A stretch of DNA of 26,015 bases from Candidatus Bathyarchaeia archaeon (GCA_038857155.1 JAWCGL010000001.1:573-26587); one strand, 5' to 3'. Shown: positions 16,392 to 25,725, numbered from the stretch's first letter. A program made the numbers and translations. Notes: generated by a model not told the origin, from the letters alone.

Positions 16392-17411
16392 GTGTGGTTA
16401 TTGAATCGTGTACGATACGCTGTTATCGGTTTAGGTAGGATAGGTAGGCTACATTGCGAAACGCTCAGATCGAGAATCGATGAAGCTGAGCTTGCAGCTG
16501 TATGCGATCTATCGGAGGATTTAGCTAGATCCATGGGGGAGAGGTTTCGAACAGTATGGCATTCAGATTATTCGAGAATTCTCGTAGATCCAAGTATCGA
16601 TGCTGTAATCGTAGCTACACCTACCTTCACCCATAAGAGTATAGTGTTAGAGGCTTTGAAGGAGGGGAAGCATGTATTCGTAGAGAAACCTCTAGCACCT
16701 TCATCGGGTGAAGCTAGGGAGATCGTCTCCGCCGCTAGGGGGAGCCATCTTAAGGTTATGGTAGGGTATCAGCGTAGATTCGACCCTGCGTATAGGGAAG
16801 CTAAACGTAGAATCGAGGAGGGTGTTATAGGCCGACCGGTATGCTTCATCGATATAGCTAGGGATCCGCAGCCCCCCTCAGGTTGGGCTGCCGATCCGAG
16901 GTTGAGTGGAGGTATATTCGCAGATATGCTTACGCATGATTTCGATATAGCGAGGTGGCTCTTAGGTTTGGAGGCATCGAAGGTTTACGTATCTGGTGGA
17001 AACCTGTTCTACAGCGATCTAAAGGTGCTCGGAGATCTAGATTTCGTTAATATAATGCTTGAATTCGAGGGTGGTGTTCAAGGCTTCATACAGGGTTGTA
17101 GGAGATCTGTATACGGCTACGATCTAAGGACTGAGATCTTGGGAACCGATGGTACGATCTCTATCGGTTGTAACTTCGATTATTCATTCTACTACGGTAC
17201 GTCTGAAGGTATAAGGTTCCATGGGGCTCCATGGTTTGAGAGAAGGTTTTACGAAGCTTATGTCGAGGAGTTAAGGAGTTTTACTGAAGCTATACTAAGC
17301 GATTCTACACCTCAGGTTACCGTGGAGGATGGGTATAAAGCTCTATGCATAGCCGATGCATGCTGGAGATCCTTCAGGGGTAAGAGTATCGTATCGTTGA
17401 ATTATAGATGA
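16392..17411 (+). CDS. iolG: Gfo/Idh/MocA oxidoreductase, myo-inositol 2-dehydrogenase-like
   Basis: VIGLGRIG, HVFVEKPLA, GYQRRFDP, RDP, GGIFADMLTHDFD, YGYDLRTEILG, WFERRFYEAY; context with iolM/N/O-like genes. Confidence 0.8.
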   Translation: MWLLNRVRYAVIGLGRIGRLHCETLRSRIDEAELAAVCDLSEDLARSMGERFRTVWHSDYSRILVDPSIDAVIVATPTFTHKSIVLEALKEGKHVFVEKPLAPSSGEAREIVSAARGSHLKVMVGYQRRFDPAYREAKRRIEEGVIGRPVCFIDIARDPQPPSGWAADPRLSGGIFADMLTHDFDIARWLLGLEASKVYVSGGNLFYSDLKVLGDLDFVNIMLEFEGGVQGFIQGCRRSVYGYDLRTEILGTDGTISIGCNFDYSFYYGTSEGIRFHGAPWFERRFYEAYVEELRSFTEAILSDSTPQVTVEDGYKALCIADACWRSFRGKSIVSLNYR

Positions 17412-17485
17412 TCAAGCTGAAGTTTAGTCGAGCTTAAATCCTTTTACTCGATGATTTATTCGTGGGGTGTAGAGTTTTGGATGGG

Positions 17486-18676
17486 ATGCTAGCTGCGGTC
17501 CTCTACGCAGATTTCGTTCCTCGTAGAGGCTATGCTGTATCGAGCGATGAAGCTGCTACTCGTAAGATTCGTGAGGGTAGTAATGTATGGAGGGATCCTA
17601 AGCTTACGCTAGAGGAGAGGGGTATTCCGAAGCCTAAAGGTAGAGAGGTGTTGATCAAGGTTAAAGCTGTAGGGATATGCGGTAGCGATGTTCATATGGT
17701 GGAATCGGATAGCGAAGGCTATATGCTGTATCCAGGTTTAACGAGGCTACCTGTAGTCTTGGGGCATGAGTTTAGCGGCATCGTCGAAGAGGTCGGTGGA
17801 GATGTTAGAAGCGTTAAACCTGGGGATATGGTTACCAGCGAGGAGATGCTTTGGTGTGGTGAATGCTTGATATGTAGATCGGTGGATGTAAATCATTGTA
17901 CTAGGCTTAACGATCCTAGAGATCTAGAGTTCGGTGAACTAGGCTTCACGCATGACGGTGCTATGGCTGAATACGTCGTAGTCCACGAGAAGTATCTTTG
18001 GGGTATAAACCCGCTTCTAGATAGGTATGGAAGCGAGGATAAAGCCTTCGAAGCAGGTAGCCTGGTAGAACCTGCATCCGTAGCGTATAGAGCGATATTC
18101 AATAGAGCTGGAGGGTTCGATCCAGGTAGCTACGTAGCCGTATGGGGTGCAGGGCCTATAGGTTTATCAGCTATAGCTCTAGCTAAAGCCGCAGGTGCTA
18201 GCAAGGTTATAGCTTTCGAGGTAAGCCCTGTTAGGATGGAGCTAGCTAGATCCATAGGTGCAGACTATGTATTCAGCCCAGTCGAACTCGAGAGAGTAGG
18301 TATGAAGCCTTGGGAGAAGATACTCGAGGTTACAGGTGGATGGGGTGTAGATCTACATGTAGAAGCTTCAGGCGTACCTGAGCTGCTAGCACAAATGGAG
18401 AAGAGCTTAGCCGTCGGAGGAAAGATTACATGGATAGGTAGGGCTCCTAGAGCTGTATCGCTGTATCCCGAGGTATTCCAGGTTAGGAGGGGGCAGATAT
18501 ACGGTAGCCAAGGCCACTCTGGATGGGGTATCTTCAGGAATGTTATAAGGTTGATGTCCTCCGGATCGATAGATACCACTAAGATGATAACTAGTAGGTT
18601 TAGGTTGAGCGATGTTTCTAAAGCGTTCGATAGGGCTAGACAGAGGATCGATGGTAAGATAACTTTGAAGCCTTAG
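17486..18676 (+). CDS. iolM: Zn-dependent dehydrogenase, scyllo-inosose 3-dehydrogenase-like
   Basis: GICGSDVH, GYMLYPGLT..PV.LGHEFSG, EEMLWCGECLIC...NHC, GSLVEP.SVAY, GAGPIG, and EVFQVRRGQIYGSQGHSG, which I recall as characteristic of Thermotoga IolM. Start ATG 17486 preferred. Confidence 0.85.
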   Translation: MLAAVLYADFVPRRGYAVSSDEAATRKIREGSNVWRDPKLTLEERGIPKPKGREVLIKVKAVGICGSDVHMVESDSEGYMLYPGLTRLPVVLGHEFSGIVEEVGGDVRSVKPGDMVTSEEMLWCGECLICRSVDVNHCTRLNDPRDLEFGELGFTHDGAMAEYVVVHEKYLWGINPLLDRYGSEDKAFEAGSLVEPASVAYRAIFNRAGGFDPGSYVAVWGAGPIGLSAIALAKAAGASKVIAFEVSPVRMELARSIGADYVFSPVELERVGMKPWEKILEVTGGWGVDLHVEASGVPELLAQMEKSLAVGGKITWIGRAPRAVSLYPEVFQVRRGQIYGSQGHSGWGIFRNVIRLMSSGSIDTTKMITSRFRLSDVSKAFDRARQRIDGKITLKP

Positions 18677-18737
18677 AATGTAGGGGGTAGAGTTATCTTC
18701 CCCGGCTACATCTGCATATATACTCGGTGTCAGCGTT

Positions 18738-19697
18738 ATGGGCTGTACAGTTGGTAGCCGCTGGTCTCAGCCGGTGTTAGATCGTTACAACCGTAAGATA
18801 TACTTAGATCAGATGAATACTAGGGAGCTTGAGGAGAAGGTGAAGGAGAACGATATAGTCTTCCTACCGGTCGGATCATTAGAAGCTCACGGGTCGTTCG
18901 CTCCTCTAGGGGAGGATACGATAATAGGTGTCTCTATAGCTGAGAGGATAGCCTATGAGACTGGTATCACGGTCGCTCCACCTATACCATATGGTAGCCA
19001 TCCTAGCCACCACTACGGTATACCTGGTACAACCCCAGTTAGAGCTACGCTACTAGCCGAGTATGTAGCAGAGATCGCTAGATGGCTCTCTAACGCTGGG
19101 TTTAAGAAGATCTTCATCTGGAATAGCCATGGGCAAGAGTATGTCCTCCCGATAGCTAAAGATCTAGCTATAGTAGAGAAAGGTGTCCATGCGCTTATAC
19201 TGGTTACCAGCTGGTGGGCCTGGGTTCAAGATATACTGAGGAAAGCCGGTAGCGGGGAGGAGGTAGCTCCAGGTGTGAGGATAGAGACGCCGTTCATACA
19301 TGCAGACGAGGTGGAGACGAGCGTCGTATGGTATCTAGCTCCAGATCTAATCGATGAAGAGAGGCTGAAGAGGGAGGGTGAATGGGGTGTATACAGACCG
19401 CTACCATCTAGATGGGTTAACACAGCTGGAAACGTATTCACGGATAGGCCCTTCAACTGGTACGATGTAGGCTCTCTACCGGAATTCTACTATTACCGTA
19501 AAGGCTTTGTAGGTTACGCTAAGCTTGCAGACCCGGCTAAAGGTAGGATTCTCGTCGAGAAGGTTATCGAGAGGGTTGTAGAGTTTGTAGAATGGCTTAA
19601 GAAGAATTATCCAGCAGGTAGGATACCTAGAACTTGGATAGAATTCGAGGATCTATATTTCGATAAACCTAGATCCTGGTGTGAACCTAGAGGTTAG
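18738..19697 (+). CDS. iolN: Creatininase-fold hydrolase, 3-dehydro-scyllo-inosose hydrolase-like
   Basis: PVGSLEAHG, GEDT, YGSHPSHHYGIPGT, NSHGQEYVLP, ETPFIHADEVETS, GYAKLADPAKG. Confidence 0.85.
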   Translation: MGCTVGSRWSQPVLDRYNRKIYLDQMNTRELEEKVKENDIVFLPVGSLEAHGSFAPLGEDTIIGVSIAERIAYETGITVAPPIPYGSHPSHHYGIPGTTPVRATLLAEYVAEIARWLSNAGFKKIFIWNSHGQEYVLPIAKDLAIVEKGVHALILVTSWWAWVQDILRKAGSGEEVAPGVRIETPFIHADEVETSVVWYLAPDLIDEERLKREGEWGVYRPLPSRWVNTAGNVFTDRPFNWYDVGSLPEFYYYRKGFVGYAKLADPAKGRILVEKVIERVVEFVEWLKKNYPAGRIPRTWIEFEDLYFDKPRSWCEPRG

Positions 19698-19703
19698 CTG
19701 TAG

Positions 19704-20519
19704 ATGTTTTCGTCGAAGCTATCCGTAGTGTATCTCCTAACATCGGATCCAAGATTTAACCTAGGTGTGAGGGGGCCTCTAGATAGCCTACTACCTAGGA
19801 TTAGATCCATAGGGATAGATGGTGTAGAGTATAACGTACCTAACCCGTTCGATGTGGATGGCGGTAGATTGCGTAGGGTTACCGAGGATTACGGATTAGA
19901 GATACCGGTATTATCGACAGGTTTATCGCATATACTCTACGGTATCAATCTATCCAGCGTAGATGATGATTCTAGGTTGAAAGCGGTGAAATGGCTGCGT
20001 CGATACATAGATCTATCGTGTGAGATCGGATCGTATAGAGTCGTCTTAGGCTTGGTTAGAGGTAGATGTACGGATCGAAGCCAGGGTCTGCAGCTCCTCG
20101 CATCCTCTCTAAGAGAGATTGATCGCTATGCGTATGAGAAGAGTGTAGATATACTGCTAGAACCGTTAAGTAGCGGTGAAACCAACCTTGTAAATAACCT
20201 TGAGGAGGCTCTAAGATTTGTAGAGATGTTTAGATCTATACGTATCCTATTCGATCTATACCATGCGTTAAACGAAGAGAAGGATCTCGCTAGATCCCTA
20301 GGATATGCTGGGAGATACATAGAGCATATACATACAGCGGATAGAAGTAGAGGTGTATCCGAGCTAGAAAAGCTACCTTTAAATCAGCTCTTCCACATCC
20401 TAAGCTCTATAGGATACAGAGGATATATAAGCTTAGAAGCTAGGATAGAGTATAGCATCGATGTCTCTCTTAGAAGATTCGTAAATACCGTCAAAGCTCT
20501 CCTTAAACCCTTACGATAA
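19704..20519 (+). CDS. iolO: Sugar isomerase/epimerase TIM barrel, 5-keto-L-gluconate epimerase-like
   Basis: STG, GLVRGR, LLEPL...ET..VN, FDLYH, HIHTAD..R, GY.GYISLE (metal ligands E, D, H, E present). Starts 6 nt after iolN. Confidence 0.72.
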   Translation: MFSSKLSVVYLLTSDPRFNLGVRGPLDSLLPRIRSIGIDGVEYNVPNPFDVDGGRLRRVTEDYGLEIPVLSTGLSHILYGINLSSVDDDSRLKAVKWLRRYIDLSCEIGSYRVVLGLVRGRCTDRSQGLQLLASSLREIDRYAYEKSVDILLEPLSSGETNLVNNLEEALRFVEMFRSIRILFDLYHALNEEKDLARSLGYAGRYIEHIHTADRSRGVSELEKLPLNQLFHILSSIGYRGYISLEARIEYSIDVSLRRFVNTVKALLKPLR

Positions 20520-20637
20520 ACCTAGGTCGATATCAAGCGTAGGGAGCATAGCCCCTCCGTTATATCATAGCATAATGAAGGGTAGGTATGCATAGATATG
20601 GGTAGAGATAGGATTATTAGCATCCTCAAAGTATATA

Positions 20638-21804
20638 ATGCATAGTTTGCGGATCTGCATCGTGGATCTATGCTTAACCTACCTACTACTCGCCTCTATA
20701 GCTATCGGATCATATATACCGTCCAATACTGGGTTGAGGTATCTCGAGTATAAGGTTTATGAGATTAAGGATGTAGCTACCCTAACCTATCTAGGTTCTA
20801 ATAGGACTGTCTACGTAGATTGGCTTGTCCCGGTGAATAATAGCCATCAGATATCCTATGTGCTCGAATTGAACACTGGAATATACGAGAGGTTTACGGA
20901 TAGATGGGGTAACACCATCTATAGGTTTAAGATCGATCTAGACGTGTATGGATCGACGTTTAGGTTGGAGGGGAGGTATCGCGTCGTATGCTATAGTACA
21001 GTTTCAGCAGTAGATACCGGGGGGTACGGTAGGGTAGAGGATATAGATCTCGATTATGTGGATCCGGTATATCTTGCTCCAAGCTATTGGTGGAATTTCA
21101 CGGATCCCGCTATATCTAAGCTTCTCGAAGAGATTAGATTACCCATAATCAAGGATTCCCGTATCGATGTGTTGATCGGAGAAGCTAAGAGGATCGTCAA
21201 TTCTAAGCTATCGTATAGGAGGATCGAGGAGAGGTTAGGTGCATCAGAAGCTTTGAGGAGGGGTTACGGGGATTGTTCAGAATTCTCAGATCTCCTAATA
21301 TCTCTAGCTAGAGGTTTAGGTATACCTGCTCGAAGGGTTTTAGGTGTGTATATCGAGGATTCCGAGGTTAAAGGTTGGCATGCGTGGGTCGAGGTGTGGA
21401 GTCCCTCCCTCGGATGGATACCTATAGAAGCTACCGATCCATTACCCCCGGTCAAGCCTCTAGGCTATATAACATCGAACTATCTAGCTCTATACGTCGA
21501 GGGATACCAGGAGGATACCGTAGATGAGGAGTTTAGGGATGAAGAAATAGTATTCGATGTTAGGCTAGTCGAATATGCCAGGTTGGTGGAGGATCCGTAT
21601 ATTAGGGTTGCTAGGGATCTCGCTATATCGGTATCTATAGCTGTATTAGCTATAGTCGTTATCCATATAGCTATGAAGATGTATAGATCTAGGGATATAG
21701 GCTATTCTTCGTATAGCTTGAATTCATCGTGTATCGCCCTCACAGCCTCCTCTCCATCCACCTCCCTGACGACGAAGGATATATTATACTCTGAGGAGCC
21801 TTGA
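20638..21804 (+). CDS. Membrane-anchored transglutaminase-like (cysteine protease fold) protein
   Basis: N-terminal hydrophobic signal/anchor, GDCSEFSDLLISLARGLGIPARRVLG, WHAWVEVW...GWIPIEAT, C-terminal TM LAISVSIAVLAIVVIHIAM. Confidence 0.85.
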   Translation: MHSLRICIVDLCLTYLLLASIAIGSYIPSNTGLRYLEYKVYEIKDVATLTYLGSNRTVYVDWLVPVNNSHQISYVLELNTGIYERFTDRWGNTIYRFKIDLDVYGSTFRLEGRYRVVCYSTVSAVDTGGYGRVEDIDLDYVDPVYLAPSYWWNFTDPAISKLLEEIRLPIIKDSRIDVLIGEAKRIVNSKLSYRRIEERLGASEALRRGYGDCSEFSDLLISLARGLGIPARRVLGVYIEDSEVKGWHAWVEVWSPSLGWIPIEATDPLPPVKPLGYITSNYLALYVEGYQEDTVDEEFRDEEIVFDVRLVEYARLVEDPYIRVARDLAISVSIAVLAIVVIHIAMKMYRSRDIGYSSYSLNSSCIALTASSPSTSLTTKDILYSEEP

Positions 21805-23114
21805 GCTATCATACGTACGTTTATCCCCTTCGAAGCTACAGCTTTAAACACTTTAGCAGCTACACCCGGCGTCCCCCTCATACCTGCTCCTACCACCGAT
21901 ACGACGCATATATCCGGCTCATAGTATACCTGGCTAACCAGAGAGCCTGTAACGCTCGACTCCAAAGCTGCGACAGCTCTATCGAGCGAACCTCTATCGA
22001 TCACCATAGTTATATTGGCTTCGGAGCTACTCTGCGATATCATAAGTATATTCACGCCAGCTCTACCTAAAGCTTCGAAAACCTTAGCCGCTACACCTGG
22101 TAAACCGACCATACCCGTCCCTTCGACTGCTAGGAGGGCTAAATCCCTTATCAAAACGACGGTTTTAACTATACGTCTATCGACCTCGGGTCTACCAGGC
22201 CCTATAGACGTCCCACGCTTACTAGTATCGAATAGATTCCTAACCCTGACTGGGATACCTCGCGAAGCTATAGGATCGAACACCCTCGGATGCAAGCCTT
22301 TAACGCTAAACCTAGCTAGCTCTACAGCCTCCTCATAGCTTAGCTTATCGATAGTCCTAGCCTCCTCCTCGATCATAGGATCAGCCGTCATTATACCGTC
22401 TACATGCGTCCATAGGTAAACCTCCTCAGCATCTAGACATGCAGCTAGAATCGTAGCCGTATAATCTGCTCCGCCGCGTCCAAGTGTAGTTATACAGCCA
22501 TCTATCGTCGCGCCTGAGAAGCCGGCTACTACAGGGGTTACATCACGATCTATCAGAGGCTTCAACCTCCTAGAAACCTCAACTCTCGTATTCTCTATCA
22601 ACGGATTAGCATCCCCGAATCTTCCATCCGTAACTATACCCGCCTCCCACCCCGCTAGAGCTACGCTATCAATCCCCCCCTCAGTAAGCTTACCAGATAC
22701 TATGATAGCGGATAGAACCTCCCCTATCGAAGCTATATAGTCTCTAACCTTAGCTGTAACCTCTCTAAGCTTTAGACACGTGTAGGATATAGATTTTACC
22801 CCCTCCACCACCTCCTCGATCCTTCTAAGGGCAGCCTCCCTAGCTTCGATACCATTTAGCGTTTCCATCGCTAGCTTTACATGCATCTCTCTGATCCAAT
22901 CTATGTACCCCCACACTCTATCTTCGACACCTAGCTCTACCTCTCTGCATAGGGATAGAAGCTTATCGGTTACCCCTTCTACAGCGGCTACGACGATTAC
23001 CAGCCTATAGCCTCTACTCAATGCATCCCTTACGATGCCCACTATCCTCTCCATACCGTCGGCTGTAGCTACGCATCTCTCACCAAACTTATAGACTAGA
23101 ATCCTACTGCTCAC
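21702..23114 (-). CDS. Aspartate kinase homologue with two ACT domains and degenerate catalytic motifs
   Basis: AAK fold (TTLGRGG, GIMTADP, LSYEEA.ELA, LHPR) plus two well-conserved ACT repeats (MISQSSSEANI; VVGAGMRG.PGVAAKVF...MIAQGSSEYNISFVV). GTG start at 23114 with RBS GAGGGGTGA. Confidence 0.85.
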   Translation of the reverse strand: MSSRILVYKFGERCVATADGMERIVGIVRDALSRGYRLVIVVAAVEGVTDKLLSLCREVELGVEDRVWGYIDWIREMHVKLAMETLNGIEAREAALRRIEEVVEGVKSISYTCLKLREVTAKVRDYIASIGEVLSAIIVSGKLTEGGIDSVALAGWEAGIVTDGRFGDANPLIENTRVEVSRRLKPLIDRDVTPVVAGFSGATIDGCITTLGRGGADYTATILAACLDAEEVYLWTHVDGIMTADPMIEEEARTIDKLSYEEAVELARFSVKGLHPRVFDPIASRGIPVRVRNLFDTSKRGTSIGPGRPEVDRRIVKTVVLIRDLALLAVEGTGMVGLPGVAAKVFEALGRAGVNILMISQSSSEANITMVIDRGSLDRAVAALESSVTGSLVSQVYYEPDICVVSVVGAGMRGTPGVAAKVFKAVASKGINVRMIAQGSSEYNISFVVREVDGEEAVRAIHDEFKLYEE

Positions 23115-24399
23115 GATGCGTATCACCCCTCTTCGGAGATCCGTGTAGAGCTTTAAGCTTAGCAAGCTCGTCTACGAGCATAGGTAGGAATACTCCTACA
23201 TCCGATACTATACCTATCGATTGAGCTGTCCCTCTATCAAGAAGCTTAACCGGTACAGCCGGGTTTATATCTACGCATACAACTTTAACTGTAGATGGTA
23301 TCATATTTCCTACAGCTATAGAGTGTAGCATAGATGCTAGCATCAAAACTAGGTTAGCATCCCTAAGATGCTCTCTATACGCCTTCTGTGCTTCAACCAT
23401 ATCCGTTATAACATCTGGTATTGGACCATCATCTCTTATCGAGCCTGCTAGTATATAGGGTACACCGTTAACTATGCATTCGTAGAATATCCCCCTCCTC
23501 AGTACACCCTTCTCGACCGCTCCACGTAGACCTCCACATTTCATCACTTCGTTTATAGCTACCAAGTGGTTCTTATTTCCACCAGGTATCCTATACCCTT
23601 CATCTACCTTGAACCCGAGCGATGTACCGAATAGAGCGTATTCTACATCGTGAACCGCTAACGCGTTACCGGATAATAAAGCATCGACGAACCCCATACG
23701 GATCATACGTGCTAGATGCTCACCTCCACCTGTATGTACCACCGCAGGTCCTGCTACGACTACTATCCTACCTCCAGACGCCTTCACATTATACATTTCT
23801 TCAGCTATCCTCTTAACTATAGTTGGTGTAGGCTTCTCGGGTGAAGCTCTACTACTCATAAACTCGAAGATACCTGCACCAGTCCTAGGGTATTCTGGAA
23901 GCTTAACCCTAACACCCTCATCGCCTACGACTATAAGATCGCCTCTACGTACATCCCTAATACCCTTACAACAGGCTCTACCGGCTATAGGATCTACCAC
24001 TATAACTTTATCCATGCATATGTCCTCGACTTGAATCCATCTACCCCTATATCTTATCCATGTAGGATGGTTCGTAGTAGCGTAGAATCCATCCGGTAGA
24101 ACCATATCCTCCAGGGCTTCCTCCAGCCTAACATCCTCTACGTATACTGGTAGAGCTCCTAAACTTCTAAGCTCTTTAAGTATATATTCGAGGTGATCGC
24201 GGCTTCTACCCTTAACCATTATCTTAGCGTAGCTTGTTTCATCCTTCCTCCTACCTATACGGAAATCTAGTACCTCAAACTCGCCTCCTAAGTCCATGAT
24301 CCTATCGAAAACCTTAGGTAGTATATACGAGTCTATGAGGTGACCTTCAAGCTCGATTATCTCCGTATACTCATCGCCGGGATCCTGGAATGCGACCAC
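23104..24399 (-). CDS. TIGR00300 / LOR-SDH N-domain protein, AgrE/ArgZ-type ornithine cyclodeaminase homologue
   Basis: ELEGHLIDS, PDGFYATTNHPT, MDKVIVV, F.FMSS..SPEKP, VVAGPAVVHTGG, LLSGNALAVHDVE, GTSLG, LAGSIRDDGPIPD, MLHSIAVGN, VCVDINP, KL.DRGT.Q..GIVSDVG.FL. Confidence 0.88.
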   Translation of the reverse strand: MVAFQDPGDEYTEIIELEGHLIDSYILPKVFDRIMDLGGEFEVLDFRIGRRKDETSYAKIMVKGRSRDHLEYILKELRSLGALPVYVEDVRLEEALEDMVLPDGFYATTNHPTWIRYRGRWIQVEDICMDKVIVVDPIAGRACCKGIRDVRRGDLIVVGDEGVRVKLPEYPRTGAGIFEFMSSRASPEKPTPTIVKRIAEEMYNVKASGGRIVVVAGPAVVHTGGGEHLARMIRMGFVDALLSGNALAVHDVEYALFGTSLGFKVDEGYRIPGGNKNHLVAINEVMKCGGLRGAVEKGVLRRGIFYECIVNGVPYILAGSIRDDGPIPDVITDMVEAQKAYREHLRDANLVLMLASMLHSIAVGNMIPSTVKVVCVDINPAVPVKLLDRGTAQSIGIVSDVGVFLPMLVDELAKLKALHGSPKRGDTHREQ

Positions 24400-24550
24400 C
24401 CACCATTAGGATCACCATCTAAACCTATAACCCTACGAAGCAATCACACAATTCATCATAGCTGCTATTTAACGGTTTCCCTCCACGAAGAATTAGGGGA
24501 TAGTTTAATAAAGCTGAACGTTATCCATCGTTATCGGTGGTTTAAGAGGT

Positions 24551-25708
24551 TTGAATCTACGGATTAGATTCCTGGAGGTAGCTAGATTCGGTAAACCGGA
24601 TAGGATACCGCTATCGCTGTGGGGTATTAGACCAGCTACGCTTAAGAGGTGGTGGAGGGAGGGTCTACCTCCTGGGATGGATGCAGCTACATACTTTAGA
24701 TTCGATATATACGGTATGAGGACTTTCAATATAACGTCGTGGCCCTCTGAAGGATTCCAGTGGGAGCCTAGCGATAGGCTTGTAAACCTAGGTCCTATCC
24801 CACCCTTCGAGTATAGGATTCTAAGGGAGGATGATAGGTATAGGGTATGGGTGGATAGTCTAGGTATAACCCAGCTAGGATTCCAAGATGATTGGAGGGA
24901 TGGGTGGAGCGGCTTCGCTACAAGGACATTCATAGATTTCCCTGTTAAGGGTAGGGAGGATTTCGAGCGTATAAAGGGTAAGTATGATCCGTATCATCCA
25001 GATAGGTATCCATCTAGATGGGGGGAGACGGTCGAGTTTTTAAGGAAGAATGACGATGGGAGCTTCCTCATACATATATCGTTGAGAGGCGTGTTCTGGT
25101 GGATCAGGGATATGATGGGGCTGGAGGCTACCCTGATAAGCTTCTTCAAGGATAGACAGCTTATCAGAGATATACTCGATCTATACCTGGATTTCCACGT
25201 CGAAGCTTTGAAGAGGGCTATCGGAGAGGTGGAGGTAGACTATGTTACGCTCAACGAGGATATGGCGTATAAACATGGACCTATGATCTCTCCCAAGATG
25301 TTTAGAGAGTACATCTCCCCGGTTTACCGTGAGCTCATCAAGTTCCTTAAGGATAATGGTGTTAAGATAGTTGTAGTGGATAGCGATGGATACGTCGAGC
25401 CTCTAATACCTGAGCTTCTATCGGTAGGGGTGGATGGTATATCTCCATGCGAAGTAGCCGCAGGTATGGATATAGTAGGGCTTAGGAGGAAGTATCCGAA
25501 TCTCGTTATGATGGGTGGTATAGATAAGAGAATGCTAGCATCATCTAGATCAGATATAGATAGAGAGGTCTACAGGAAGGTCCCGCCGCTAGTGGAGAGT
25601 AGAGGCTACTTTCCAGGTGTAGACCACGCCGTCCCACCAGATGTATCGTTCGAGAATTTCAGCTACTTCGTAGAGCTTCTTAAAAAGCTATGCGGCTGGG
25701 TCGATTAA
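24551..25708 (+). CDS. Uroporphyrinogen decarboxylase / MtaA-CmuA superfamily protein
   Basis: N-terminal PDRIP, NEDMAYKHGPMISPKMFREY, VVVDSDG, GVDGISPCEVAAGMD, MGGIDKR, GYFPGVDHAVPPDVSFENF. TTG start. Confidence 0.85.
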   Translation: MNLRIRFLEVARFGKPDRIPLSLWGIRPATLKRWWREGLPPGMDAATYFRFDIYGMRTFNITSWPSEGFQWEPSDRLVNLGPIPPFEYRILREDDRYRVWVDSLGITQLGFQDDWRDGWSGFATRTFIDFPVKGREDFERIKGKYDPYHPDRYPSRWGETVEFLRKNDDGSFLIHISLRGVFWWIRDMMGLEATLISFFKDRQLIRDILDLYLDFHVEALKRAIGEVEVDYVTLNEDMAYKHGPMISPKMFREYISPVYRELIKFLKDNGVKIVVVDSDGYVEPLIPELLSVGVDGISPCEVAAGMDIVGLRRKYPNLVMMGGIDKRMLASSRSDIDREVYRKVPPLVESRGYFPGVDHAVPPDVSFENFSYFVELLKKLCGWVD

Positions 25709-25725
25709 CCTATAGGTGGCTATCC

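Noticed and set aside
23115-23165. Longer start for the AK homologue
   Set aside because: It would overlap the upstream gene by about 60 nt; GTG 23114 has an RBS and sits at the usual distance from KFG.
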